Shown piece by piece: positions 19,934 through 29,046 of a DNA stretch of 64,000 nucleotides (its first letter is position 1; every line of letters begins with the position of its first letter). The notes under the pieces are model-generated. The model was not told the DNA's origin. It was given only the letters and a program-made list of their open reading frames with translations, and ran no database searches. A program made the translations under genes and the position numbers. Origin of the DNA: a virus (taxonomy: Duplodnaviria; Caudoviricetes); IMG/VR virus record IMGVR_UViG_3300025372_000001. The stretch is one strand, 5' to 3'.

Positions 19934-20417
19934 ATGAAACTAACTGAACAAGAAGCAACCGAGTTTTGGATGGATATTATCGGATATGGTGATATATGTT
20001 CAGAATTAGGAGGAGAAGGAAATTCTGGCGAGTTTCACAGTCCAAGAGAATATAATAGACTAGTTAAAGAACTTAAACAGAAACAAGAACAATTAAGTAA
20101 AACGTTTGCCGTTCAAACGGGATGGCTACCAGTTTTTGTAGAAGGAACTAGGAAAAATAACTATACCGATATTTGGAAATTTACCCCTTATGAAACTAAC
20201 TGAACAAGAAGCAACAGAGTTTTCTCAAGCATTTCGGAAATATATTAGTCAGCGAGATAAAGCCATTGATTTAATGGATTGTCTTACCCATAATAAACAG
20301 ATTAGGTCAAAAGCTGAAATAGATTATTGGCGAAACGAAAAAGAATTTTACGATACCTTTGAATGTTTTACAGGACACAAACCTTCATTTATTGACCCTT
20401 ATGAACCGTCAAATTGA
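19934..20417 (+). CDS. two small proteins with an identical N-terminus MKLTEQEATEF (19934..20203, 20190..20417)
   Basis: 26-nt identical start ATGAAACTAACTGAACAAGAAGCAAC. Confidence 0.7.
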
Positions 20418-20739
20418 ATTCCGTGTTTGGGATAAACTCCTAAACAAAATGATGAAGGATCAACCTTATATTTCTTTTGATAATCCTGAATATATTTTCT
20501 CTCAATTTACAGGGTTATTTGATTCTCAAGGAAATAAGATTTTTGAAGGAGACATTTTGGAAATGCGAGGCACTAAAAGTCAATATACTGTTTACTTTGA
20601 TAAATTTTCAGCAGGATTTAAACTTACCGGAACTTATGGTAAACATGTTGCCCGATTCACTCTAAACGACCATGTTCATGCAAAAGATTTAACTGTAGTA
20701 GGAAATATTTTTGAAAATCCTGAAGTATTAATAAAATGA
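20401..20739 (+). CDS. YopX family protein
   Basis: IEFRVWDK, QFTGLFDSQGNKIFEGDIL, VVGNIFENPE. Confidence 0.9.
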   Translation: MNRQIEFRVWDKLLNKMMKDQPYISFDNPEYIFSQFTGLFDSQGNKIFEGDILEMRGTKSQYTVYFDKFSAGFKLTGTYGKHVARFTLNDHVHAKDLTVVGNIFENPEVLIK

Positions 20740-21215
20740 AACAATTGAAATTTCGTGTTTGGCTTCCTGATTATCAACAAATGATTTATCCTCATTTGGA
20801 TGATTTTATTCGAGATAAAGAAGGAATGGTTATTGGTAAATTAAACATTGGACTAAAATATAATTTTGGTTTGGAATTTGATATGATTAAAGCAATTCCT
20901 CCTTTTTATAAAGATCAAATGGGAGAAATTGATGAAGAATCATATGAGGTTAATCATGTAATTCAACAATTTACCGGACTAAAAGATGTAAGTTTCCAAG
21001 AAATATATGAAGGAGATTTAATTGATGGTAAATTTTGGATTAATGATTTAAACGAAAAAATTAAAAGTGGATTTACTGAAATCACCTCTAGAGAAGTATT
21101 TTTAACAAGTGGTGAATTTCGGTGTAAGCCCACAGAAAGACTATCACAAATTTATAAACCAAAAATTGTCGGAAATATCTTTGCAAATCTTCAATTAATT
21201 TCCCCCAAAACTTGA
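20736..21215 (+). CDS. YopX family protein
   Basis: LKFRVW, QQFTGLKD...IYEGDLI, IVGNIF. Confidence 0.88.
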   Translation: MKQLKFRVWLPDYQQMIYPHLDDFIRDKEGMVIGKLNIGLKYNFGLEFDMIKAIPPFYKDQMGEIDEESYEVNHVIQQFTGLKDVSFQEIYEGDLIDGKFWINDLNEKIKSGFTEITSREVFLTSGEFRCKPTERLSQIYKPKIVGNIFANLQLISPKT

Positions 21216-21249
21216 TTCGCTCTGACCAACATGTTATCTTACTATCCTT

Positions 21250-21567
21250 ATGGCAAAAACACAAACAAAACAAAAAACAAACAGTAATCGTCTAACCGTT
21301 AATCAAAATGTAGCAGGTGCTGCTCGTCGCCGTCTTCCTGAAATTCAGGATGCAGTAGAAGGTATTAGCCGTCTTCGTGCAAACCGTTGGCCGGGACAAA
21401 CCAGTCTATATGACACTAATCGTCTCCAAAGTCTAGTTGAAGACCTTGCATTCTCTGAATCCATTTCAAAGAGTCGCATTCTCTCACTTCAATCAGAAGT
21501 CAAGTCTTTTAGTGCTGTACTTGGTCCTCAACTGACCCGTTCAATGCAAGCAGCAAAGATTATCTAA
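21250..21567 (+). CDS. basic hypothetical protein in a single-gene transcription unit
   Basis: TTGATT-17-TATCTT upstream, terminator downstream, CGT/CTT-rich codon usage. Confidence 0.75.
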   Translation: MAKTQTKQKTNSNRLTVNQNVAGAARRRLPEIQDAVEGISRLRANRWPGQTSLYDTNRLQSLVEDLAFSESISKSRILSLQSEVKSFSAVLGPQLTRSMQAAKII

Positions 21568-21590
21568 TAGAGATAATAAAATAAAAATAG

Positions 21591-21630
21591 AAGAAACGCA
21601 AGTTAGTTAATAACTTGCGTTTCTTTGTTT
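21591..21630 (+). terminator. intrinsic terminator
   Basis: AAGAAACGCAAGTTA-GTTAA-TAACTTGCGTTTCTT followed by TGTTT. Confidence 0.85.
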
Positions 21631-21649
21631 ATTGATCTATAGTAAAAGA

Positions 21650-22492
21650 ATGAAAATCGCAATTATTGGAGATGGTTATATTGGTCAAGCATTTAAAGAC
21701 GTTGGAACAATCATTCCTGCTAAACTGCTTGATATTTCTTTTGATCAATTACATTCATATGATGTAATAATTAATACACATGAAATACAAGATACTTCTA
21801 CCTATACATATGATTATATCTGGTGGCAAAATGCTGATCTAGTAAAGCAACTTTCTGTTGAATGTGAATATTCCGGTAAGAAATTTGTCCAAATTAGCAC
21901 TGCCGATCTTTATGGTAATTATACGAAATGGGCTAATGATATTGAAACCTCGACTCATTTAGATGTTGGAACGGATTATCGTTTCACCAAATTAGCCGCA
22001 GAAAAGTTTTGTAATCCAAATGATTTGATTCTTCGTATTAGGAATCCATTTGATAATCGGGTACACCCCGATAATGCGATTATAAAGGGGTATAAAGCTC
22101 CTAGAATGTATGCATGGGCCGATACATGGTCTTATCTTCCCGACGTGGTAAATGCCACTCTAAAGCTCTTAGAAAGGCAAGAGAGCGGAATTTGGAATAT
22201 TGTTAATTTTGAATGTTCTAGTTTATTTTATTGTTTGAAAACTGCTATTGGTGTTCCGTTCTTTAAGAGCATTGATCCTATTAAAGAAGATATGCCTAAT
22301 TTCCTATTAAAGGAGATGGATAATGAAAGGATTCATAATGATGTAAATGGATCAAAAATTAAACAGATTTATGAAATGACACCATTAGATGCTGCCATGA
22401 TCATTTCTTGGCAAAAAGGTGTTAAAGAAGATTTTGAACAGTATTTTAATGAGAGAAAGTTCTTGCAAAAGTTAGAAGGGGTGGTAGAATGA
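21650..22492 (+). CDS. NAD(P)-dependent epimerase/reductase, RmlD-like extended SDR
   Basis: IIGDGYIG, ISTADLYG, YRFTK (YxxxK), LRIR. Confidence 0.82.
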   Translation: MKIAIIGDGYIGQAFKDVGTIIPAKLLDISFDQLHSYDVIINTHEIQDTSTYTYDYIWWQNADLVKQLSVECEYSGKKFVQISTADLYGNYTKWANDIETSTHLDVGTDYRFTKLAAEKFCNPNDLILRIRNPFDNRVHPDNAIIKGYKAPRMYAWADTWSYLPDVVNATLKLLERQESGIWNIVNFECSSLFYCLKTAIGVPFFKSIDPIKEDMPNFLLKEMDNERIHNDVNGSKIKQIYEMTPLDAAMIISWQKGVKEDFEQYFNERKFLQKLEGVVE

Positions 22493-22495
22493 GCC

Positions 22496-23426
22496 ATGAA
22501 CATTCTACAACGAATTATCAATACGAAACCAAAATCTACAATCAACGATACTGATCCGGTTTTTTCAGAAGATCAATATCTAGGAAATCCAGTTTATATG
22601 TCTTATTTCAATCCTTCCACTGAAAAATTCCTAACAGGAGTTCCCCAAGAACCTATCAATGTTTCTTTTTCCGATTATTGTAATAAACTATATGAAAAAT
22701 GGTTGAAATTTGAATATGTAGTTTCAAATGTTTGGGATGCATTAAAATATATGTTTGTTTATCGAAAGGATATTAAGTGTGCCAAGGAACTTGCAAAGAT
22801 GCATGAAGAAAAAAAGAAATTGTTTATTTCTCATCAAGTGAAAGCAATGGTTGGACATATTATTGATTTTAATACAGAGAATACTTGTTGGAAAGCGGAG
22901 GGGAAAGATAAGATTCTTTGTTTCCGAACTTTCCATAATCATCATCATAAACATGATATGATTGTTAATAGAAATATTTCTCGTCATTGGAATAAAAACG
23001 TTGAACAATCAGTAATTTCTTAATTTTATGAGTATTATATGCGCAGTTATAGTTACTACAATATTATTGGTATTGTTTTTCCTAGCAGTTTGTTTCGATG
23101 ATACGTGTGACGAGGCTTTAATAGGAATATCATTGTCAATTTTATTTCTTTGGGTAATACTAGGAGGAATCGTAGCTAGTGTAGGAGATTGTCCCGATTA
23201 CCCTCATACTTTTCAACAAGTAAAAGTACAACATGTAGTGGATATTCCTAATAAAGAATTTGTACTTTGTTTGGAAAATGGTCAAGTTGTTTCATTTAAA
23301 CAGTTTTCTGATATGCCATTTCATGATGTGAAATTTGTTATCTATGAAACATGGTATAATACATGGCACTTTCCAGTTAATACCTTTATCAATATTTCTA
23401 AAACTTTAGAAGAAAATAAGAAATGA
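22496..23426 (+). CDS. hypothetical protein (22496..23023) and membrane protein (23028..23426)
   Basis: ORF track; second has two TM segments. Confidence 0.65.
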
Positions 23427-24034
23427 ATATCTTAGACTTCAAACATAGTTTCATTTATTTGTCAGGCGCAATGTCCGGTTTGCCTGAATATAATTATCCT
23501 GCCTTTCAGGCCATGGAGGAAAGATTAATCCAACAAGGATTAACCTTTATCCTTAATCCTGCTAAAATTGCTAATGGTGATACTACTAAATCTTATGGTT
23601 TTTATATTCGGGAATCATTGAAAATGGTGGCAGAAGCAGAAGCAATGATTATGTTAAATGGCTGGGAAAAAAGTAAAGGTGCTAATCTTGAATATCAAGC
23701 AGCAAGAGCAATGGGTATTCCTATCTTTAATTCAGATTTTGAATTGATTCCTGAAACCTTAACAACTCAAGATGAAGACATATTAGTTAAGGCTAATGAA
23801 TTGATTCACGGAGAAAGACAAAAATCTTATGGTTCTCCCAAGAGTAATTTTACAAAGATTGGAAGGATTTGGGGAGCAATCAATGATATTCCTGATATTG
23901 AACCGGAAAAAGTAGCATTAATGATGGCAGGATTAAAGATTGCCAGAGAATCACATGCTCATACCCAAGATAATTTAGTTGACGGCGCAGCATACTTTGC
24001 TACTATTCCAATGATTAAAAAAGATTTACCTTAA
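23423..24034 (+). CDS. DUF4406 (nucleoside deoxyribosyltransferase-like) fused to a DUF6378-like domain
   Basis: IYLSGAMSG.PEYNYPAF...NPA...L.GWEKSKGANLE; then LIHGERQKSYGSP..NF..I...W...V.LMM..LKIAR...DN.VD.A.Y. Confidence 0.8.
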   Translation: MNILDFKHSFIYLSGAMSGLPEYNYPAFQAMEERLIQQGLTFILNPAKIANGDTTKSYGFYIRESLKMVAEAEAMIMLNGWEKSKGANLEYQAARAMGIPIFNSDFELIPETLTTQDEDILVKANELIHGERQKSYGSPKSNFTKIGRIWGAINDIPDIEPEKVALMMAGLKIARESHAHTQDNLVDGAAYFATIPMIKKDLP

Positions 24035-24046
24035 CCTGTTATAAAA

Positions 24047-25246
24047 ATGAGACTTACTGAACGACAAAAGAATGATATTATTCATAGTATCAATACTAAA
24101 TTTCTTAAACGAGAAATTAATAGTTCTGATGCATTAAATCAATTAAAAGATAATTTTCCTCGGACAAAATTCGTTCTTTGCACTGATACAGGAAAGTTTC
24201 ATCGACAATTAGATGCAACATTATCCCTTCCTTCTGGAAATTGGTATGCCTCAAGAAGAAACTTTCATTATGTTCGTTTTAAAACAACAATATCTAGTTT
24301 TTGTCATGCAGATGATGTCAAGACAATAGGCTTTCTTTGTGATTATACTTTTCAATATTTTAATAATCAGGAATATACCCAAGTAAAATGTGAAGGAGAT
24401 TTGGTATGTAAAGATTATTGTGTAGATAATGATATTATTGAATTAGTTGACGGCGAATGGTTTTATAAAATAGAAGATAGTGGTATTGATGATACGGGCA
24501 GGGCAGATTATCATTCTACTCGTCGTTTAAATAAAAACCAAAAAGGAATGGGAGTCGAATTGGAAATCTTCTGCGAAGGAGAAATGTATGATTTCTGTGC
24601 TATTGCTCGAAAGAACAATATTCTTACAGAATATGATGGTTCTCTTGACGATATTTATGGTGTTGAACTAATTGGTAAAGTTCTTACTTTTGATGATTAT
24701 CAGAAGATGAAAGATTGGGGAAAGGTGTTCGAAGTATTTCCTGAATATAAATGTATCGGGCATGATGCCGGAACAAAATACGGAATGCATGTTTCTCTAT
24801 CCTTATCTTTATTCTCTGAATTAGAACTATCCAAGTTTGTGTTGTTCATGAACTCTTGTTCTAAACTATGTAAAGTAGTGGCACAAAGACAAACCTTTTA
24901 TAAGGGCAAATATGGTGTTCATGACAAACATAAAAAGTTTAAGAAAACACAAACGGGAAAATATGAAGCAGTACGAGTAGATGATGTAAGAGCAGAAGTT
25001 CGTATCTTTCGTTCTACTGTTCGGAAAGACAGGTTCCTTAAGAATATCGAGTTTTGTGAAGCAGTTCGCCAAGCAACAAAAGAAATGACTGCTCAAGAAG
25101 TCCTTAAAGAAACTTCTGCAACAGATTTGTTCCTTCTATTTGTTAATAAACATCGTAAAACTTATCCTAATCTTTATACTTTCTTAGTAGAAGAAAAATT
25201 ACTAATGAAACGGATTATTCCTAAAGAATATATTACTAACGAATAA
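24047..25246 (+). CDS. putative amidoligase (COOH-NH2 ligase, glutamine synthetase-like fold) 1
   Basis: GMGVELE, DGSL...GVELI, GMHVS, KYEAV, EVRIFRS. Confidence 0.85.
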   Translation: MRLTERQKNDIIHSINTKFLKREINSSDALNQLKDNFPRTKFVLCTDTGKFHRQLDATLSLPSGNWYASRRNFHYVRFKTTISSFCHADDVKTIGFLCDYTFQYFNNQEYTQVKCEGDLVCKDYCVDNDIIELVDGEWFYKIEDSGIDDTGRADYHSTRRLNKNQKGMGVELEIFCEGEMYDFCAIARKNNILTEYDGSLDDIYGVELIGKVLTFDDYQKMKDWGKVFEVFPEYKCIGHDAGTKYGMHVSLSLSLFSELELSKFVLFMNSCSKLCKVVAQRQTFYKGKYGVHDKHKKFKKTQTGKYEAVRVDDVRAEVRIFRSTVRKDRFLKNIEFCEAVRQATKEMTAQEVLKETSATDLFLLFVNKHRKTYPNLYTFLVEEKLLMKRIIPKEYITNE

Positions 25247-25250
25247 AAAT

Positions 25251-26170
25251 ATGAATATCGAAACAATGTTTCCTATTAAATGCCCGAGAAACGGTATTGA
25301 TTTTTATAATTGGCTTAAATCCCATCCAGAAAATAATATAGCATATACTGATTGTGATGACGGTGGTTGTGCATTCATTGAAAGTATGTTATCTGCTCAT
25401 ATTTGGAGCTATCGTTCATATTTTCATAATTGGTGCTTGAATCTTCGTAAACGTTTTAATGACAAAAAAATTAAAGACGAATGGTATGGCGATATGGATT
25501 TGGTTATTAAATTGATCCATCAAACCGATGATAAAACAGTTTTTCATTTAAAAGATAATTCTTCTTATGCAGATATTAATAATTGGATCATCATTCATGA
25601 TTTTTCGGATACTTATTATTCAGTACATATTCGACAATTACATGAAAAAGGGGATTACCCAAAAAGTGCATATCCCAAAAAATTAAATAAGAAATTTTGG
25701 AAAGATAGAAATTATATTTGTGATTATGTTGAGAAATATCACATGACAAAGTTGGGAAGTGTATATGGTGATATTCGTGATATAGGTTATGTAGTTTCTT
25801 ATAAAGATGTATGGCTTGCTGAATCACGTTTTCCATCATTTGATGGTGATTATTGGCAGCGATATTATTTCTATAGCCAATTTAAAGAAATTTGCTTTAA
25901 GTTACATATTATTGAATCTCAAATAAACGAAGAATCAGAAGATAAGAAGGAATAAAAAATATGTGGATAAATGGTAAACAATGGTTTCCGGCAAAATACC
26001 TAAATGATAGATATTTTGTTCAAGGACAAGAAGGAAGATTACATAAATTAGTTCATAGTTCTAATTTTGGTTTATTCGTTCCTTATGATAATAAAGTGAA
26101 AAGTTCGGGATTTATTGGATATTTGTTTCCCTTGAATTGGTTTGAAGTAGTAATTGACAATAACGAATAA
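25251..26170 (+). CDS. hypothetical proteins (25251..25955, 25961..26170)
   Basis: ORF track. Confidence 0.6.
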
Positions 26171-26186
26171 AAGGTTACTATGAGGT

Positions 26187-27035
26187 ATGAGATTTAGAAC
26201 CGTTCCCGAATCAAATTATCGATCAATCTTTACCAAAGATGGTAAAACATTAAGGTATAAATTAGATAAAAGTAAACCTTTTGGCCATCTTAAGAATCCT
26301 GACCTAGAAGATATTTCTATAAATTCACGCTGCTATGGCCGTTGCCCGGAATGCTATACTTCTGCTCTGTCCACAGGTAGTAATTTTCCTAATATTGTTG
26401 AACGATTCCGAAATTTCTTTGAACCATTGGAGGAGCATAGACCTTATCAAGTAGCAATTGGAGGAGCAGGAGAACCAACATTACACCCTGATTTTTGTGA
26501 AGTATTAAAGACTTCTAGAGAATTAGATATTATGCCTAACTATACTACTAATGGCATGCATTTAAGTGATAAGATTTTATATGCAACTAAAGAGTATTGT
26601 GGTGGAGTTGCCGTATCTACTCATAAACATCTTAAATGGGGAAAAGCAGTAGAGAAATTATTGAATAAGAAAATTAGAACTAATCTTCATGTTATTGTCG
26701 GAGAAGAAGGTAGTTTTGATTATATGAAAGCATGTTGGGAAACTTTTCCTGAAGTTGAAACGGTTGTTATTCTACCTTATCAAGCACAAGGACGAGGAAA
26801 AGCTATTGATGAGAAAATAAAGGTTGAAGAATGGCAAAAGTGTGCTAAATTGGTTCAAGAGCATAAAGGCTTTAAATTTGCATTTGGTGCATTATTTTAT
26901 CCGTTTATGTTAGAACATCCAGAATTGTTTCCTGATGTTAAAGTTTATGAACCGGAAGTTTTTTCTGGTTATGTTATGTTTGATGAAGAGAAACCGTTTG
27001 TAAGAAAATCTAGTTATAATTTAGAACCGAAATGA
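26187..27035 (+). CDS. radical SAM protein
   Basis: CYGRCPECY (CxxxCxxC), GGAGEPTLHPDF, YTTNG. Confidence 0.93.
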   Translation: MRFRTVPESNYRSIFTKDGKTLRYKLDKSKPFGHLKNPDLEDISINSRCYGRCPECYTSALSTGSNFPNIVERFRNFFEPLEEHRPYQVAIGGAGEPTLHPDFCEVLKTSRELDIMPNYTTNGMHLSDKILYATKEYCGGVAVSTHKHLKWGKAVEKLLNKKIRTNLHVIVGEEGSFDYMKACWETFPEVETVVILPYQAQGRGKAIDEKIKVEEWQKCAKLVQEHKGFKFAFGALFYPFMLEHPELFPDVKVYEPEVFSGYVMFDEEKPFVRKSSYNLEPK

Positions 27036-27439
27036 AAAAAGGTGATCCATCTAATCCAAAAGTAGGCGATAGTTTTTACTATATCCCCGTTGGAGCATTA
27101 TTTATTATTCCGATTACTATTGAAGAAGTTTATACTCAAGATGGGTGGGATATTGAATGTTATTGGATTGATGAGCCTGTTGGGCATGCATTGTATGAAG
27201 CATGGGAATGGTATAAAACCTTAGCAGGAGCAAAAAGCGGCTTAAGAGCCAAGAAACGCGAAATCAAAAAACTATTACCTGATAATATTATCAACGATAA
27301 GGTTCATGGCTATTCGTTAACATTGGATATTTGGAGAAATCCCAAAATTGAATTTTTCAGAAAACAACACGAAATATATAAACAAGAAGGAGAGGAAGAA
27401 TTCTCTCTACAATACAAAGAAAAGCCTTTTTACACCTAA
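27032..27439 (+). CDS. hypothetical protein
   Basis: ORF track 135 aa. Confidence 0.6.
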   Translation: MKKGDPSNPKVGDSFYYIPVGALFIIPITIEEVYTQDGWDIECYWIDEPVGHALYEAWEWYKTLAGAKSGLRAKKREIKKLLPDNIINDKVHGYSLTLDIWRNPKIEFFRKQHEIYKQEGEEEFSLQYKEKPFYT

Positions 27440-27440
27440 T

Positions 27441-28046
27441 ATGAAAACTATTTTTATTCCCCAAATCCCTGAAAGCATTACTGATATTACTACTAATAGT
27501 AGTTCTGAAATCTTTGTCATTGGTAAAGATAAAGAAATTGAATTAGTTGATGGTTTGATTGATGAAAAGAAATGGCGTTGGTGGTTTGGTGAAAAGAAAC
27601 GATTTAACAACGTAGATGATGTTAAACATTTGATGAAGCAATATCCACATGCAATTGAAAGTTTATTTGGATTAACTGGTATTCCTGATGATAATCCACA
27701 TTCAAGGTGTTATATCAGCGATAGCGGAGAACTGGTTGAAGAACCTTCTAGGATGTCCCCGGCATTGCGCGCATTAAAGAATGCAAACGAAAAGATTGCT
27801 CAAGACTTCTTTAGAAATAGAGGTAAACGCGGTGATCCTTCTTGGGATGAAGCACATAAGAAATATATGGATTCTTATGACGCAGAACGAGATTTTCTTA
27901 ATCAAGAAATTGATGAATGGATGAATACCCAAAATCTAGAACAATTTGTTGGTGCATTTTATTATGAATGCGGAGAAGACAATGAATTATCTGATTGGGA
28001 AGAAGTACATAACACTATTCCTGGAAATTTTTGTCGATTGAGTTAA
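27441..28046 (+). CDS. hypothetical protein with an N-terminal DITTNSSSE motif
   Basis: MKTIFIPQIPESITDITTNSSSEIFV; ATG 27441 follows the previous stop directly. Confidence 0.75.
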   Translation: MKTIFIPQIPESITDITTNSSSEIFVIGKDKEIELVDGLIDEKKWRWWFGEKKRFNNVDDVKHLMKQYPHAIESLFGLTGIPDDNPHSRCYISDSGELVEEPSRMSPALRALKNANEKIAQDFFRNRGKRGDPSWDEAHKKYMDSYDAERDFLNQEIDEWMNTQNLEQFVGAFYYECGEDNELSDWEEVHNTIPGNFCRLS

Positions 28047-28062
28047 TTCATAAATAGGTAAA

Positions 28063-29046
28063 ATGGATGATCAATATCTTTTACCTAAATTCAAATTCCA
28101 TGCAGAAGGAGATATTCAAACTCTTTCCGAAATTTATCCATCCCAAATAAGAAGATATAATATTCCTAAAATTTGGGCGACAACACAAGGTAAAGGTGTA
28201 ACTATTGCTGTTCTTGATTCGGGTATTCAATTACATGATGATCTAATTAAGAATATTGATGTTGGTAAATGTAGATCATTCATTGATGGAGAAGACATTT
28301 TTGATAGAGATATTTTCCATGGTACTCATGTAAGTGGAATATTAGCCGCTTGTCTAAACAACTATGGCGTTGTAGGCGTTGCTCCTCAATCTACTATTGT
28401 TTCTATCAAAGTTCTAAATAAGAATGGATTTTCACAGAATAACAGTGTTTTGAAGGGATTAGAATATTGTTTAAGTTTAAAGCCTGATATTATTAATATT
28501 TCATTAGGTGGTTCTGCTCCCATGCCGGAAATTCAACCTATTCTTAAACAATTAATTAAACAGAATATTGTGGTTGTTTGTAGTGCCGGAAATAATGGTG
28601 AGACAGATAAGCCTGATGTAGTCTATCCTGCTCAATATGACGAGTGTATAGCGGTTGGTTCTTGTTCAGATAGTCTGATGCAAGATAGATCATTGTTTTC
28701 GTCTTGGGGCGAGACTATTGATTTCCTTGCTCCTGGGGAGAATATTTTATCGACTTATAGAGATAATGGTTATGGTGTCTTAAGTGGTAGCTCGCAGTCT
28801 GCTCCTTTCCTTTCCGGTTTAATTGCATTAATTATTTCTTATTATAAGAAACAAAATAGAATTATATCAGTTCAAGATATTAGACAATTATTAGTTCAAA
28901 CTGCTGATGATATTGGAGAGAAAGGGTTTGACAAACAGAGTGGTAATGGTATAGTGAATCCTATCAAAGTTTTCTCTAAAATTGATACGAAAGATTTTTC
29001 AATCAAAGAGAGCTTTTGGCAAAAAATTAAAAACATATTTAAATGA
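28063..29046 (+). CDS. subtilisin-like S8 serine protease
   Basis: VLDSG (Asp), HGTHVSG (His), AGNNG (oxyanion Asn), SGSSQSAP (Ser). Confidence 0.93.
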   Translation: MDDQYLLPKFKFHAEGDIQTLSEIYPSQIRRYNIPKIWATTQGKGVTIAVLDSGIQLHDDLIKNIDVGKCRSFIDGEDIFDRDIFHGTHVSGILAACLNNYGVVGVAPQSTIVSIKVLNKNGFSQNNSVLKGLEYCLSLKPDIINISLGGSAPMPEIQPILKQLIKQNIVVVCSAGNNGETDKPDVVYPAQYDECIAVGSCSDSLMQDRSLFSSWGETIDFLAPGENILSTYRDNGYGVLSGSSQSAPFLSGLIALIISYYKKQNRIISVQDIRQLLVQTADDIGEKGFDKQSGNGIVNPIKVFSKIDTKDFSIKESFWQKIKNIFK

